DNA from: a virus
Lineage: Duplodnaviria > Heunggongvirae > Uroviricota > Caudoviricetes
IMG/VR virus record: IMGVR_UViG_3300046691_000084
Span: 1 to 64,000 of that record
Strand: one strand, 5' to 3'
DNA: 64,000 bases
Notes under the pieces: model-generated
What the model was told of the DNA's origin: nothing
What the model saw: the letters and a program-made list of their open reading frames with translations, nothing else
Databases searched by the model: none
Made by a program: the position numbers and the translations under genes
Shown: piece by piece, positions 7,957-16,920 of the stretch
How the letters are laid out: each line of letters begins with the position of its first letter
Numbering within the stretch: the first letter of the stretch is position 1

Positions 7957-8862
7957 TTACATATCCATCTTAGAGCGCCAACCAAGGGCGCGAGGGAAGC
8001 GTGGCAAATCTTTCGAGCCATGTAGAAAGAATCGGAACTTAAGGAGTTTGCCGAGGAATAGTTCTTGGTTCATCCAGATGTCCTCTAGTTCTGTATGCTT
8101 AAAGGACCCTGGGGCTACTTCAAGCGTCAGTCCATTCCATTCTACCAGGAACTTGCCGACCATATTCACCGGAGTCTTGCCCGCCTTGGCGGAGGACCTC
8201 TTGGCGAACCCTAGTTCATCCCGTTCCTGGACGTTGTTGTTAGCCATGCGCTGGACAAAGCCAACTACACGACCTTCAGTGTCCTGAAAGCGTTTCACCT
8301 TATAGATGATGCCTTCATTCATCGTCGCTCGACCTTGCTTATAGCGACCTACAGGGTCACGCAGCATGATTCCTTCGAAGCCCTTTTCGAGCTCACCATT
8401 CTCGAATTCAAGAAGTTCTTCCATGTTATTTAATTCGACATGGAGGACTGGGAAGTAGTCTTCTCGATTACGAATCAGACCGTGCGCATGTTCAAGGCGC
8501 TCATAGTACGGCTTGTCGATGATACCAGGGAGCACACAGTCGAACACATAGTAGCCTATGTCATGAGGCTTATCCTTTGACATGATGTGGCTTTGACTAC
8601 GGTTGTAGACATCAAAGTTATGTGGGTTACCAGCAATCAGTTCACCATCAAGCCCTATGATACTTGTGAAGTCTTCCTGAACCTGACGGCTTGGAATAGG
8701 TTTCCAGGTCCGAGACATGGCGCCATCTTCAGCTATAATCGAACGGATACCATCAAACTTTGAAGAACCGAGCAAAGGGAACTTCTTGGCGACGATATTA
8801 AAGAACTCAGGGTTCTTTTGCGGATCATCGATCGGGGACAGCAGGGGACGAAAGACACCCAT
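7957..8862 (-). CDS. ATP-dependent DNA ligase, 301 aa
   Basis: Adenylation motif I KFDGIRS (K-x-D-G-x-R); size and context as in T7-like ligases. Confidence 0.75.
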   Translation of the reverse strand: MGVFRPLLSPIDDPQKNPEFFNIVAKKFPLLGSSKFDGIRSIIAEDGAMSRTWKPIPSRQVQEDFTSIIGLDGELIAGNPHNFDVYNRSQSHIMSKDKPHDIGYYVFDCVLPGIIDKPYYERLEHAHGLIRNREDYFPVLHVELNNMEELLEFENGELEKGFEGIMLRDPVGRYKQGRATMNEGIIYKVKRFQDTEGRVVGFVQRMANNNVQERDELGFAKRSSAKAGKTPVNMVGKFLVEWNGLTLEVAPGSFKHTELEDIWMNQELFLGKLLKFRFFLHGSKDLPRFPRALGWRSKMDM

Positions 8863-9215
8863 TACAACTCTCCTACGCTTGCAAGCGCTTGTTCAGCCAT
8901 TTGGAAATCACGAATTGGGGCACTATCTCCTACTTCTGCTTGACTCACATAAGTCAACAACCGGCCATACTTCTGGTCCAGTGCGACTGCTTGAATCGGT
9001 GTATCGGCATGTAAGATGAACCACTGTTTACAGCTACCACATTTGTAAGCATCATGGCGCTTATCTGGGTAATCTCGGATGGTGCTCGCTACACCACCAC
9101 AGTTGCCTTGCCATGTATTACAATGCGGACATTGATTATCAAACCCGTACATGTTCATGAAAGCTTTGCGTTCTTGTTTCAGTGCCCAATTTTTGATCAG
9201 TTGTACAAGCTTCAT
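8862..9215 (-). CDS. hypothetical zinc-ribbon protein, 117 aa (CPHC...CGSC)
   Basis: Two CxxC pairs; shares a boundary nucleotide with the ligase. Confidence 0.5.
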   Translation of the reverse strand: MKLVQLIKNWALKQERKAFMNMYGFDNQCPHCNTWQGNCGGVASTIRDYPDKRHDAYKCGSCKQWFILHADTPIQAVALDQKYGRLLTYVSQAEVGDSAPIRDFQMAEQALASVGEL

Positions 9216-9335
9216 GATTCACTCTAATAGTTAGGAGCCGACGTCCTTGTCAGCGAGCTTCATTTCTTACGCTGTTCTTTCGCCTTGTTTAGCGCGATTG
9301 CGACAGCTTGTTTCTGACTCTTACCCGCAGCCTTT

Positions 9336-9734
9336 TCAGCTTTGATATTGTGGGCGATTGTCGCCTTGTCGGAACCCGGAAGTAATGGCATTGATCGTAT
9401 CCTCTAAGCGTTCGGCCGAAGCCTTTTCATGAGTTACCATCTCCACACGTTTTGCTATTTCATCATCCGTGAACAGGAAGAGGGGGTCCACAGAAACTTC
9501 CATGATGTACAACTCAGGAACTTTCGGACCACCATCGAAAACCTCCCGAATCGTAGCCATATAATCTGGCTTTGTAAGAAACACAGCATCGAACTCTCGT
9601 TTAGCAAGTTCTTCATACTCAAACAGCTTTGCTGCAGTGACCTTACGATCCCACAATGGCATGCTGCCTTTCGTTAAACTGGTGAAATAGCCAACATACT
9701 CTGGAAACTGCATTGCGATTACAAAAGCTCTCAT
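9336..9734 (-). CDS. hypothetical protein, 132 aa
   Basis: Minus ORF. Confidence 0.5.
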   Translation of the reverse strand: MRAFVIAMQFPEYVGYFTSLTKGSMPLWDRKVTAAKLFEYEELAKREFDAVFLTKPDYMATIREVFDGGPKVPELYIMEVSVDPLFLFTDDEIAKRVEMVTHEKASAERLEDTINAITSGFRQGDNRPQYQS

Positions 9735-10039
9735 TGCTTAGTCCTTCTTATAGTATCAAGAACAACATGTGTACGGTCGTAGATATCGCACACATGTAGC
9801 CAAGGCCCTGCACCTGCTTCAACCATGTCCAGCGAAGTATGCCGGTAACGTGGCAGCTTGTGTAAGGCGATCATGTTTGTAACGGCCGTCTGCTGATTAT
9901 AGACTTCTAAGAGTCTCTTCAATACATTCAGATGGTCCGACTGGCTCAACAGCATAATGAGCTCAGGTGTCGTCTTTGACAGGTAGCTATCCATATCTTG
10001 TACTTCACCCATGTTCACACTCCTTTCAATATGCATCAC
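9731..10039 (-). CDS. hypothetical protein, 102 aa
   Basis: Minus ORF, 4-nt overlap with neighbour. Confidence 0.45.
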   Translation of the reverse strand: MMHIERSVNMGEVQDMDSYLSKTTPELIMLLSQSDHLNVLKRLLEVYNQQTAVTNMIALHKLPRYRHTSLDMVEAGAGPWLHVCDIYDRTHVVLDTIRRTKQ

Positions 10040-10700
10040 TCAGTTTAACAAACTCCTCTTTCTTGTCCTTACGAAAGATCAAGTCACACGCATGCAACAA
10101 GAAATCTTGGGCAGCTTCCCGACGTGCAGCAAACATTGGCAACATGTTTACAGTCTTAAAGGTGACACCTTGGATCTGTACAGAAGGTAGTCCTTCCATA
10201 TTTACCATAGCCTTATCGAGCTTCTCGATGTCATTGATGACATTGACAATGGTCTCTTTTTGCTCAAGTGTGAAAGCTGCGAACTCATGAACGAACATGC
10301 ACTGAGATTTCCAAGCCAAGATACCACGCTCAGTGATGTCGTGCTTTACCTTGTTAGGGATCAACGCTACATGTGAGTTATCGATCCGCTTAGTAGAGGT
10401 GAACTTAGCACCAATACTATCCATCAGGTAAGCCGCCAGGGCGAACTGATCTGGACGCATTCGAATCGAAGTATCACCATGTACGTTCACAACAACAGGG
10501 CCGAGGAGTTCACGCATCTCACGGATGTGTTCTGCCTTCTTACCTCCAGCACGTTGTTGAAGGGCGTGGACCAGGTTGAAAGCATTGACAATGTAGCTGA
10601 CATTACAGTGCATTAGATTGTTCTCAGAAACTTGATGATGTCGTTGATGATGGTGCTGCGGCGCTCGCCAGCTGCTTTGAGTACGGTGTCTGTGTAGCAA
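10026..10700 (-). CDS. hypothetical protein (224 aa as given; real start probably internal, e.g. MHCNVS near 10616)
   Basis: The N-terminal His/Gln-rich part overlaps 10613..10879 in another frame, so the start is probably downstream. Confidence 0.45.
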   Translation of the reverse strand: MLHRHRTQSSWRAPQHHHQRHHQVSENNLMHCNVSYIVNAFNLVHALQQRAGGKKAEHIREMRELLGPVVVNVHGDTSIRMRPDQFALAAYLMDSIGAKFTSTKRIDNSHVALIPNKVKHDITERGILAWKSQCMFVHEFAAFTLEQKETIVNVINDIEKLDKAMVNMEGLPSVQIQGVTFKTVNMLPMFAARREAAQDFLLHACDLIFRKDKKEEFVKLSDAY

Positions 10701-10879
10701 ATAATGCCACCAAATTCCATAGTCTTGGCGTGATTTTCCTTATTCAGAAGATCATTACACCGAGAAAGCTCGTCGAGGGTCGGTTGAATCGTCATCATTA
10801 CTTCCGTAAGACGCTCAGCTTGTTCATCGGTAAATTGCTTTGTGCTTAGTAAAAGAGTTGGAATCATGGATAGGTCCAC
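10613..10879 (-). CDS. hypothetical protein, 88 aa
   Basis: Minus ORF. Confidence 0.4.
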   Translation of the reverse strand: MDLSMIPTLLLSTKQFTDEQAERLTEVMMTIQPTLDELSRCNDLLNKENHAKTMEFGGIICYTDTVLKAAGERRSTIINDIIKFLRTI

Positions 10880-11277
10880 TTGAAACGTCCTTTGATTGTA
10901 TTACCGATGAATACCACTGCTTGAGGTTCTGGTGCCAATAACACAGGCTTCTGCTGAAGCTCATACGTTACATCATCACCTTTGTTCTCAATGAAACCAG
11001 GTCGAATTGCCCTTAGCAGTACCGGCTCACCTTCCCAGCTCGGGATCGAGATGAGTAGTTCGCAGTCAACTGGTGGGAGGATCGATTCGTGGTTGAGGTG
11101 GAAATCTTCGGGGACACAGGAACCGGTTCGGCTGAAACCCGAATTTGTGCCCATGAAGGAATTGATGTCTGCTTTGCTTCCTGTTTTTCCAAATGACCTG
11201 AAAACAAGAACTCGTGGCATAGATTTGTCTGAACGACTGTGTTCTGCGAGAATGCAGAGAGATAATTTTTTAGACAT
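10864..11277 (-). CDS. hypothetical protein, 137 aa
   Basis: Minus ORF; its start ATGTCTAA overlaps the stop of the frame-shifted upstream gene. Confidence 0.45.
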   Translation of the reverse strand: MSKKLSLCILAEHSRSDKSMPRVLVFRSFGKTGSKADINSFMGTNSGFSRTGSCVPEDFHLNHESILPPVDCELLISIPSWEGEPVLLRAIRPGFIENKGDDVTYELQQKPVLLAPEPQAVVFIGNTIKGRFKWTYP

Positions 11278-11936
11278 TCTTGTTCCGCTCGATACGACGT
11301 TGACGTTTCTTCTCGGCTGCTGCTAGACGTTCCAAATCTTGTACGGATGGCTTCCGTGATGTGGTTCGTTCTTGGCGTGAAGGAATGGCCAATTGTGCCA
11401 ATGTTGACGTCTTCTTTGCAGTACCAGAGAAAGTCTTTCTTTGCGAGGGAGTCCCACTCGTCGAAAACAAAGAGAGGCTTGATTTGATCAGCTTTGAAAT
11501 CCAGGTGAAATTTAGAAAGTTCATGCTCTCTTCTCTTTAAAATATTAAGCGTTTGTGTCATACCGGGGAGCAACCCACGGCTTGTAAATGACGGCCAGAT
11601 TGCCATTGATGCAAACATTGCATCGCGCTCTTGCTGATACCAACTCAGATCCATGACGTCGTGCATGCTGCGCGGCGTGCTCGCGATGACCGTCACATTG
11701 GCCGTCTTGCACTTTTCGCGCAGGTGTTGCCATAGCTCCAGAGAGGCTATCTCTCCGTCAACTACCATGACCTTCGACGGACCTGGGTGGTTATGATCAA
11801 TTGGCACAGCCCTTCTAAAACCACTTGTATATAGTTCTTCATAGAAAGGATCATGGACCACACGTCGCCAATTACTTTCCAAATCGAAGTAATGCTTATT
11901 GTCCGACATATCCGGCAGGTTCCTTGGTAGTGTCAT
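11270..11936 (-). pseudogene. hypothetical gene apparently split across two frames (11936 to ~11350 in one frame, ~11350 to 11270 in another)
   Basis: The 307-aa track ORF 11013..11936 runs out of frame into 10864..11277 with a Ser/Thr-rich tail, while a second frame ends naturally (…DLERLAAAEKKRQRRIERNKNV) with a coupled ATGTCTAA junction; suggests an indel or recoding near 11340-11400. Confidence 0.35.
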
Positions 11937-12489
11937 GTCCTAATTTAGGGCAACTTTGACAGAAGCCTCCAAGACCACATTGACCGCCATCACAAAGAGC
12001 TTCATCTGACTCTTTAGTGTGAATCATGTGACCTTGCCAACCTTCAAACATGTGTTGCGTCCGATCTTGTTTATAGACACGGAAACTATTCGGGCATTGT
12101 GTTGGAGTCAACAGCGCATTTTGCCCTCTTGCGAACTCTTCAAAGGCATCTTTACCTTCGAATTTAGTCACAGTAGGAAACTTCAATAGTGCTCGCAATG
12201 CACCATTTTGTTCTTGTAATTTGACAATCTCCTGCTTATAACGAGAAGAACCGCCATAGGCCTTAGAACGTTCAATCCCCTTTATGATCGCATTGACGCG
12301 TCGTTGTAGCGGTGAGGGGACACCTACTTGAAGAACATCTTGAAGTGTTTCAATCCAACCAGATTTTCTGATGGACTGCTTCTCAGAACCTGGAGAGGTT
12401 ACTTCAATCAGATAGTTGTGGATATCAACCAGCTGAGCTTCAAGGTATGCGATGTAAGCTTCATCGGAAGCAAATTCATTACGTGACAA
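11896..12489 (-). CDS. hypothetical protein, 197 aa
   Basis: Minus ORF. Confidence 0.5.
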   Translation of the reverse strand: MSRNEFASDEAYIAYLEAQLVDIHNYLIEVTSPGSEKQSIRKSGWIETLQDVLQVGVPSPLQRRVNAIIKGIERSKAYGGSSRYKQEIVKLQEQNGALRALLKFPTVTKFEGKDAFEEFARGQNALLTPTQCPNSFRVYKQDRTQHMFEGWQGHMIHTKESDEALCDGGQCGLGGFCQSCPKLGHDTTKEPAGYVGQ

Positions 12490-12490
12490 T

Positions 12491-12895
12491 TCAAGCTCTC
12501 CTTAGTTCTGCTGTATATTCTAGAATAGCTGCCATAGCCTTCTCAGGATGGTGCTTAGGGTCACCAGACAACCATTTCGAGTAAGAGTATCTAATCCCTT
12601 TTCTCGCAAATGAATTATCATGATACTGTTGTGCAAGACCTAACACCATGGAGTCTAAATCAGACATTGCAGGTATCAGGTTGACTAGAGAACCGCCTGG
12701 CCGGCCTTCTAGTTCGACTGTATATTGATCATCTGGGATTAGTGCACCGATCGCACACATACAACCGCCAGGGCTACGATAAAGACAACCAAAGCTGGCA
12801 CCTAGCTTACCAACAGATCGCTTCTTCTGTGTAACTAGATGGCTGACAATCTTCTTTGCAGCCTCATCATTGGTATAACGAAACTGGTGGGTCAT
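12491..12895 (-). CDS. paralog-array member 7 (134 aa): HLxxQK / CxYRxxxGxMCAIGxLIPD / YHD / WxxGxxxHHP family
   Basis: Shares all four conserved blocks with the six genes immediately upstream. Confidence 0.6.
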   Translation of the reverse strand: MTHQFRYTNDEAAKKIVSHLVTQKKRSVGKLGASFGCLYRSPGGCMCAIGALIPDDQYTVELEGRPGGSLVNLIPAMSDLDSMVLGLAQQYHDNSFARKGIRYSYSKWLSGDPKHHPEKAMAAILEYTAELRRA

Positions 12896-13368
12896 ATATT
12901 AATCTTCTTTGTCAGTCGCAGCTCATTCATAAGCAAGTCAGCCATCACTCTCGGATGATGCGCTTCATTACCATTGACCCACTCTTCATAACTGAGCCTT
13001 TGATGTTCTTTAGGAACAGCGCCATCATGATAGTATTGCATCATCTGTAGAGCATTGATGTTGACATTCTTTAGAGCAGGGATAGTCCATACAACTTGAT
13101 CAGCAGAGAAGCACTCCATCATCGGATCGTAGTCAACATCAGGAATGAGCACACCTAGCGCGCACATCCGGCCTGATACACCACGATACTTACACTCGTT
13201 TTTAGCATCAAGTGAAAGGGCTTTCTGTTTAACAAGATGAGTTATAACCACATTAAGCGCTTGTTCTGTGGTATAATAGCCTTTATAAACTTCGACCTTT
13301 GTTCCAACGGGCGTGGGCGGCTTCAGCGGCGGTAATGAAAAGGTTGGGGTGATGTTCATCATTTCCAT
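12892..13368 (-). CDS. paralog-array member 6 (158 aa as given; the N-terminal 85 nt overlap member 5, so the start is uncertain)
   Basis: Same conserved blocks (HLVKQK, CKYRGVSGRMCALGVLIPD, YHD, WVNGNEAHHP). Confidence 0.55.
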   Translation of the reverse strand: MEMMNITPTFSLPPLKPPTPVGTKVEVYKGYYTTEQALNVVITHLVKQKALSLDAKNECKYRGVSGRMCALGVLIPDVDYDPMMECFSADQVVWTIPALKNVNINALQMMQYYHDGAVPKEHQRLSYEEWVNGNEAHHPRVMADLLMNELRLTKKINI

Positions 13369-13702
13369 CTAACCACTTTTGGTAAGAGAAGGCAAAGCCA
13401 TTTAATAGAGCTTCACTATCATGATAGTACATACACATGCCTAGTACGTTTGCAGGTACATTAACAAGGATATCTATTAGCATGCTACGAATATATGTTA
13501 CAGCCATACCTTCGAGGTGAACTGTATAATGAGCATCAGGAATCAATACCCCTACAGCGCACATTAGCCCATCTGGCGATCGAAACTTGCAGGAATCACC
13601 ATTGACGCCCAATGAACGTGATCGCTGGTTTACCAGATGAAGACGTATCTTCTCAAGTACTTCTAGTACTGTCAATGCTTCAGACAATTCCATACTCCTC
13701 AC
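13283..13702 (-). CDS. paralog-array member 5 (139 aa)
   Basis: HLVNQRS, CKFRSPDGLMCAVGVLIPD, YHD, WLDGNDEHHP. Confidence 0.6.
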   Translation of the reverse strand: MRSMELSEALTVLEVLEKIRLHLVNQRSRSLGVNGDSCKFRSPDGLMCAVGVLIPDAHYTVHLEGMAVTYIRSMLIDILVNVPANVLGMCMYYHDSEALLNGFAFSYQKWLDGNDEHHPNLFITAAEAAHARWNKGRSL

Positions 13703-14063
13703 GGATGTGTACCATTAGCCTTTCAGGATGGTGGGCGTCGTCCCCGCCGATCCATTTCTTATAACCAAAAGAAGGTCCACCACGTAGCTTGGACGTATAA
13801 GTACCATCATGATACATCTGGGTTGCCCGCATAGCATCCAGGTGTAGCTCTTTAAAGGTATTTCCAGATACCGCGACGATCCAAGATATCGGCTTAAATT
13901 CCAAACCTTCGTTGTAAAGGTCATCTGGAATCAGAGCACCAAAGGCGCACATTCGGCCATCTTCACAACGATATTGGCAAACACCGCTAACTTCATTAAT
14001 TGAGATAGCTTTCTGTTTGATCAAGTGGGCTTCAATTATATTCAATGCATCGGAAGTGTTCAT
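13680..14063 (-). CDS. paralog-array member 4 (127 aa)
   Basis: HLIKQK, CQYRCEDGRMCAFGALIPD, YHD, WIGGDDAHHP. Confidence 0.6.
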   Translation of the reverse strand: MNTSDALNIIEAHLIKQKAISINEVSGVCQYRCEDGRMCAFGALIPDDLYNEGLEFKPISWIVAVSGNTFKELHLDAMRATQMYHDGTYTSKLRGGPSFGYKKWIGGDDAHHPERLMVHIREEYGIV

Positions 14064-14458
14064 ACGATTCCGTATTCCTCGCGGATAGCAGCAAAGGCCA
14101 AGTCAGGATGATGATTTACATCACCTTCAATCCATTTCATGTAGCAGTAGCCTTCAGGCCGTTTCGATCGACTACCAAACAAGACACCATCATGGTAAGA
14201 TAAGGTCAACTGAATCGGGCCTAGGTCAAGATCTTTGTCAAACAGATTCGGCCATCGCATACGAAGTGTATTGGCTGAGCTAGCCTCCATCGAAGAATCA
14301 TAGAGCTCATCTGGAATAATAGAGCCTACTGCACACTTCAAACCACATTCAGTACGCAATCGACAGGCACCTGCCCGGCCTTCGCTAATCGCCTGAGCCT
14401 TCTGTGTAATCAAGTGAGCTTGGATCTTACCCAATGTTTCGAGGGTCACTTGATTCAT
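14060..14458 (-). CDS. paralog-array member 3 (132 aa)
   Basis: HLITQK, CRLRTECGLKCAVGSIIPD, YHD, WIEGDVNHHP; ATGA overlap with neighbours. Confidence 0.6.
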   Translation of the reverse strand: MNQVTLETLGKIQAHLITQKAQAISEGRAGACRLRTECGLKCAVGSIIPDELYDSSMEASSANTLRMRWPNLFDKDLDLGPIQLTLSYHDGVLFGSRSKRPEGYCYMKWIEGDVNHHPDLAFAAIREEYGIV

Positions 14459-14880
14459 ACTGTGGTCTCCAACGCGGGGGTAGACTTGGTCATTTCAGAG
14501 TCCCATTTCTTATGATACTCTTCAATAGCTTTGAAGGCTAAGTCTGGATGGTGTAATTCATCGCCTTGGATCCATTTGTAGTAAGAATAATCAAAGCCAG
14601 GCACATGGAAGACTGCATCATGATACCGCTGTGCCATATGCAACTGCTTCAGATTTAAACCTTCGAAGACTGTAGGCAGCAACGTCACAAGTCTAACTAC
14701 AGCTGTATGCTCATGTTCATAAGCATTGTAAAGATCTTCTGGAATCAAAGGTCCTATTGCACACATCAGACCATTATAGCGATACTTGCACGCCCCATGG
14801 CATTCAGAGCGCGCTTTCTGCTTGATCAAATGTTCACGAGAAATGATCAAAGCTTGTTCATTAGTATACATAGCAGCCAT
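14455..14880 (-). CDS. paralog-array member 2 (141 aa)
   Basis: HLIKQK, CKYRYNGLMCAIGPLIPED, YHD, WIQGDELHHP. Confidence 0.6.
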   Translation of the reverse strand: MAAMYTNEQALIISREHLIKQKARSECHGACKYRYNGLMCAIGPLIPEDLYNAYEHEHTAVVRLVTLLPTVFEGLNLKQLHMAQRYHDAVFHVPGFDYSYYKWIQGDELHHPDLAFKAIEEYHKKWDSEMTKSTPALETTV

Positions 14881-15332
14881 TACATAGCTCCCAAGTGGTG
14901 TTTCATTGCTAATGCGCTCATGAGCCGTTCTGGTGAGCTTCGTTCAGCGCCTGCAAGCCAAGCAGCATAACTGTATGCCTCGTGACTAGCAGTGACGGCA
15001 TTGTCATGGTAAGACTGGAGGTCATTTAAAAGATCAGTTTTGAGATGCTTAAATATCTCGCTAACAGGATCCTGGTACTTAAGTCTGTAAATCGAGCCAC
15101 CTTCAAGACACTCGTGGTACATAGTATCAGGTATCAGCACACCGATTGCACACATGCAATTCTCAGGACCACGATACAAGCAACCATTATCGCCACGGGA
15201 TTGCTTTTTCTGAGTAGTCAAGTGATCGATGATTCGTACTAGAGCCGCTCGAGTGGCTTCCAAGTCAAAACCACTACGTGTGTTTGCAAGAGTCATAATA
15301 TTTCCAAGAAAAAATAAGTAGAGAAGGCCCAC
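14880..15332 (-). CDS. paralog-array member 1 (track start at 15332 is a GTG inside the terminator hairpin; probable ATG start at 15296, about 138 aa)
   Basis: HLTTQKK, CLYRGPENCMCAIGVLIPD, YHD, WLAGAERSSP. Confidence 0.55.
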   Translation of the reverse strand: MGLLYLFFLGNIMTLANTRSGFDLEATRAALVRIIDHLTTQKKQSRGDNGCLYRGPENCMCAIGVLIPDTMYHECLEGGSIYRLKYQDPVSEIFKHLKTDLLNDLQSYHDNAVTASHEAYSYAAWLAGAERSSPERLMSALAMKHHLGAM

Positions 15333-15347
15333 CCCGAAGGGTGAGCC
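15305..15347 (-). terminator. rho-independent terminator with UUCG tetraloop
   Basis: Minus-strand RNA GGCUCACCC-UUCG-GGGUGGGCC (9-bp stem, one G-U) at 15326-15347, followed by a U-rich run; lies after the stop of 15350..15673. Confidence 0.5.
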
Positions 15348-15349
15348 AT

Positions 15350-15673
15350 TTATGGGTGTTCTCTGTAAATCCAGTCTTGGATGCTAGCAATATGCCTTAG
15401 TTCCATCCCAAGAATTTTAAGCAATTCACCAAGTTCTTCCTTTTGAACACTAAACCAGCTAGCTTGAACCAAGCAATCATAACGACCTGAGTGTGTCAGG
15501 CAATTGTAGATCTTCTGGTATGCAGGTCTGTATGCACTGAACCTATCAATTATCTTTTCAAAGTCAATTTGATTTGGAACATTCTCAACATCGCATAGCA
15601 ATGAGATATGCTCTGCCTCACACGCATCCCAGCCATATGGCCCTTTCAGCAACAACATCTTTAGAAGTCCCAT
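15350..15673 (-). CDS. hypothetical protein, 107 aa
   Basis: Minus ORF. Confidence 0.5.
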   Translation of the reverse strand: MGLLKMLLLKGPYGWDACEAEHISLLCDVENVPNQIDFEKIIDRFSAYRPAYQKIYNCLTHSGRYDCLVQASWFSVQKEELGELLKILGMELRHIASIQDWIYREHP

Positions 15674-15886
15674 GGATTAGAATATTGAATATGATCCGCT
15701 AGGCCATATGCAATAAACATTGTTACGGCTATTACAATTACTTTTCCAACTTCAAGAGCTTTCTTATTATTACACATGTCCACACCCCTGCTTCTTTTAC
15801 GGGCTGTCGAATGAATTGTTCAGGAGACACTACAGATGCCTTCTGAATGAGTTCACCCAACGTTGCAGCTGTATATTCAATGTACA

Positions 15887-16123
15887 TCAGACTACCATAT
15901 GTTGCCGTGGCGTAATTTGAAACACACTGCGATAGCCATTATCATGACTTGCTACAGCATGCCCTACTGCAAGCTCGACTTCAAAAGTCTGACCTGCGAG
16001 CAGGAGGTTGTGGATTCTATGGACATGCCCAGTACCAACACGAGAGTGCGTTCTGATGTATTCCACCATGTCGTCTAAAGTGTCGAATCCCAAACACTTT
16101 CCGTTAAGCTGGAGCTGAGCCAT
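15887..16123 (-). CDS. hypothetical protein, 78 aa
   Basis: Minus ORF; two further sub-60-aa coupled ORFs (about 15750-15895 and 15662-15778) probably fill the gap to 15673. Confidence 0.4.
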   Translation of the reverse strand: MAQLQLNGKCLGFDTLDDMVEYIRTHSRVGTGHVHRIHNLLLAGQTFEVELAVGHAVASHDNGYRSVFQITPRQHMVV

Positions 16124-16502
16124 ACATCCTCACTCCTTTGTTAGCTGCAAAGATATCAAGGGCCTGTGACGGTAAGATACTACCAATCATAGAACCTGCT
16201 ATTGTTGCTGCGAGTGCAATTACATTGAAGCGTAAGTCTTTATCCATAGCCATATCAGAGTACGGTGGGCAGATCGCTAGAATGCCCTTCTGATTTATGA
16301 CATGAACTTCTTTCTTCTGCTCTACAAACAGGATTTCGATCTTTGCAGACTTCATCAATCGACTTGCACACTCATTCTGACTCAAGGGCGTCCAGGTGCA
16401 TTGAAGCTTCATCGACTCAATATCCATTTCAATGGACGATGCGGCTGAGGTCAGGAGTTGCTCAGCACGGCTTTGTTCAACATTCGTCATTAAGCTTCTC
16501 AT
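16104..16502 (-). CDS. hypothetical protein, 132 aa
   Basis: Minus ORF. Confidence 0.45.
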   Translation of the reverse strand: MRSLMTNVEQSRAEQLLTSAASSIEMDIESMKLQCTWTPLSQNECASRLMKSAKIEILFVEQKKEVHVINQKGILAICPPYSDMAMDKDLRFNVIALAATIAGSMIGSILPSQALDIFAANKGVRMYGSAPA

Positions 16503-16824
16503 CTTCAGGGCAGCTGTCTAGGATTGCCCAGACTTTGAGGTTGTTCTTTGTTGCAATCTTCTTGGCTTCAATCTCACCAATCAAACGAGATATGGTAGGG
16601 ACTGTGCATTCAAAGATTTCCGTGATACCAGATACAGATCCTTTTACGATCTTCCTCACTGACATACGGACGTACCAGCCTTGGGTAATCGCTGTTTCTT
16701 TGGCTGTTTTGCGAAAGTGGGATACACTTTTTGCAAGAGTCTCTTCAACCTTAGTATTCAGGCCGAGAGCTTTACGCATTTCTACTTCGATATCGTGATC
16801 AAAAGTCATAGTTATTTCACCCAT
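16477..16824 (-). CDS. hypothetical protein, 115 aa (or start at MTFDH, 16809)
   Basis: Minus ORF preceded by motif B and a UUCG hairpin. Confidence 0.45.
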   Translation of the reverse strand: MGEITMTFDHDIEVEMRKALGLNTKVEETLAKSVSHFRKTAKETAITQGWYVRMSVRKIVKGSVSGITEIFECTVPTISRLIGEIEAKKIATKNNLKVWAILDSCPEDEKLNDEC

Positions 16825-16837
16825 TGGTGTCAGTTAT

Positions 16838-16869
16838 AATTTTAAAGGGAAGCCCCGAAGGACCTCCCT
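16838..16869 (-). terminator. hairpin with UUCG tetraloop (GGGAGGUCC-UUCG-GGGCUUCCC) followed by UUUAAAAUU
   Basis: 9-bp stem including G-U pairs at 16847-16868; sits between motif B and the next start codon. Confidence 0.5.
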
Positions 16870-16877
16870 ATTTGTTT

Positions 16878-16902
16878 TCATATAAGATACCAAATTCCCC
16901 GC
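16878..16902 (-). promoter_or_regulatory. motif B copy 2 (plus: TCATATAAGATACCAAATTCCCCGC)
   Basis: See the copy at 3090; located after the NrdB stop. Confidence 0.4.
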
Positions 16903-16920
16903 TATGGGATTTTCAGTCTC

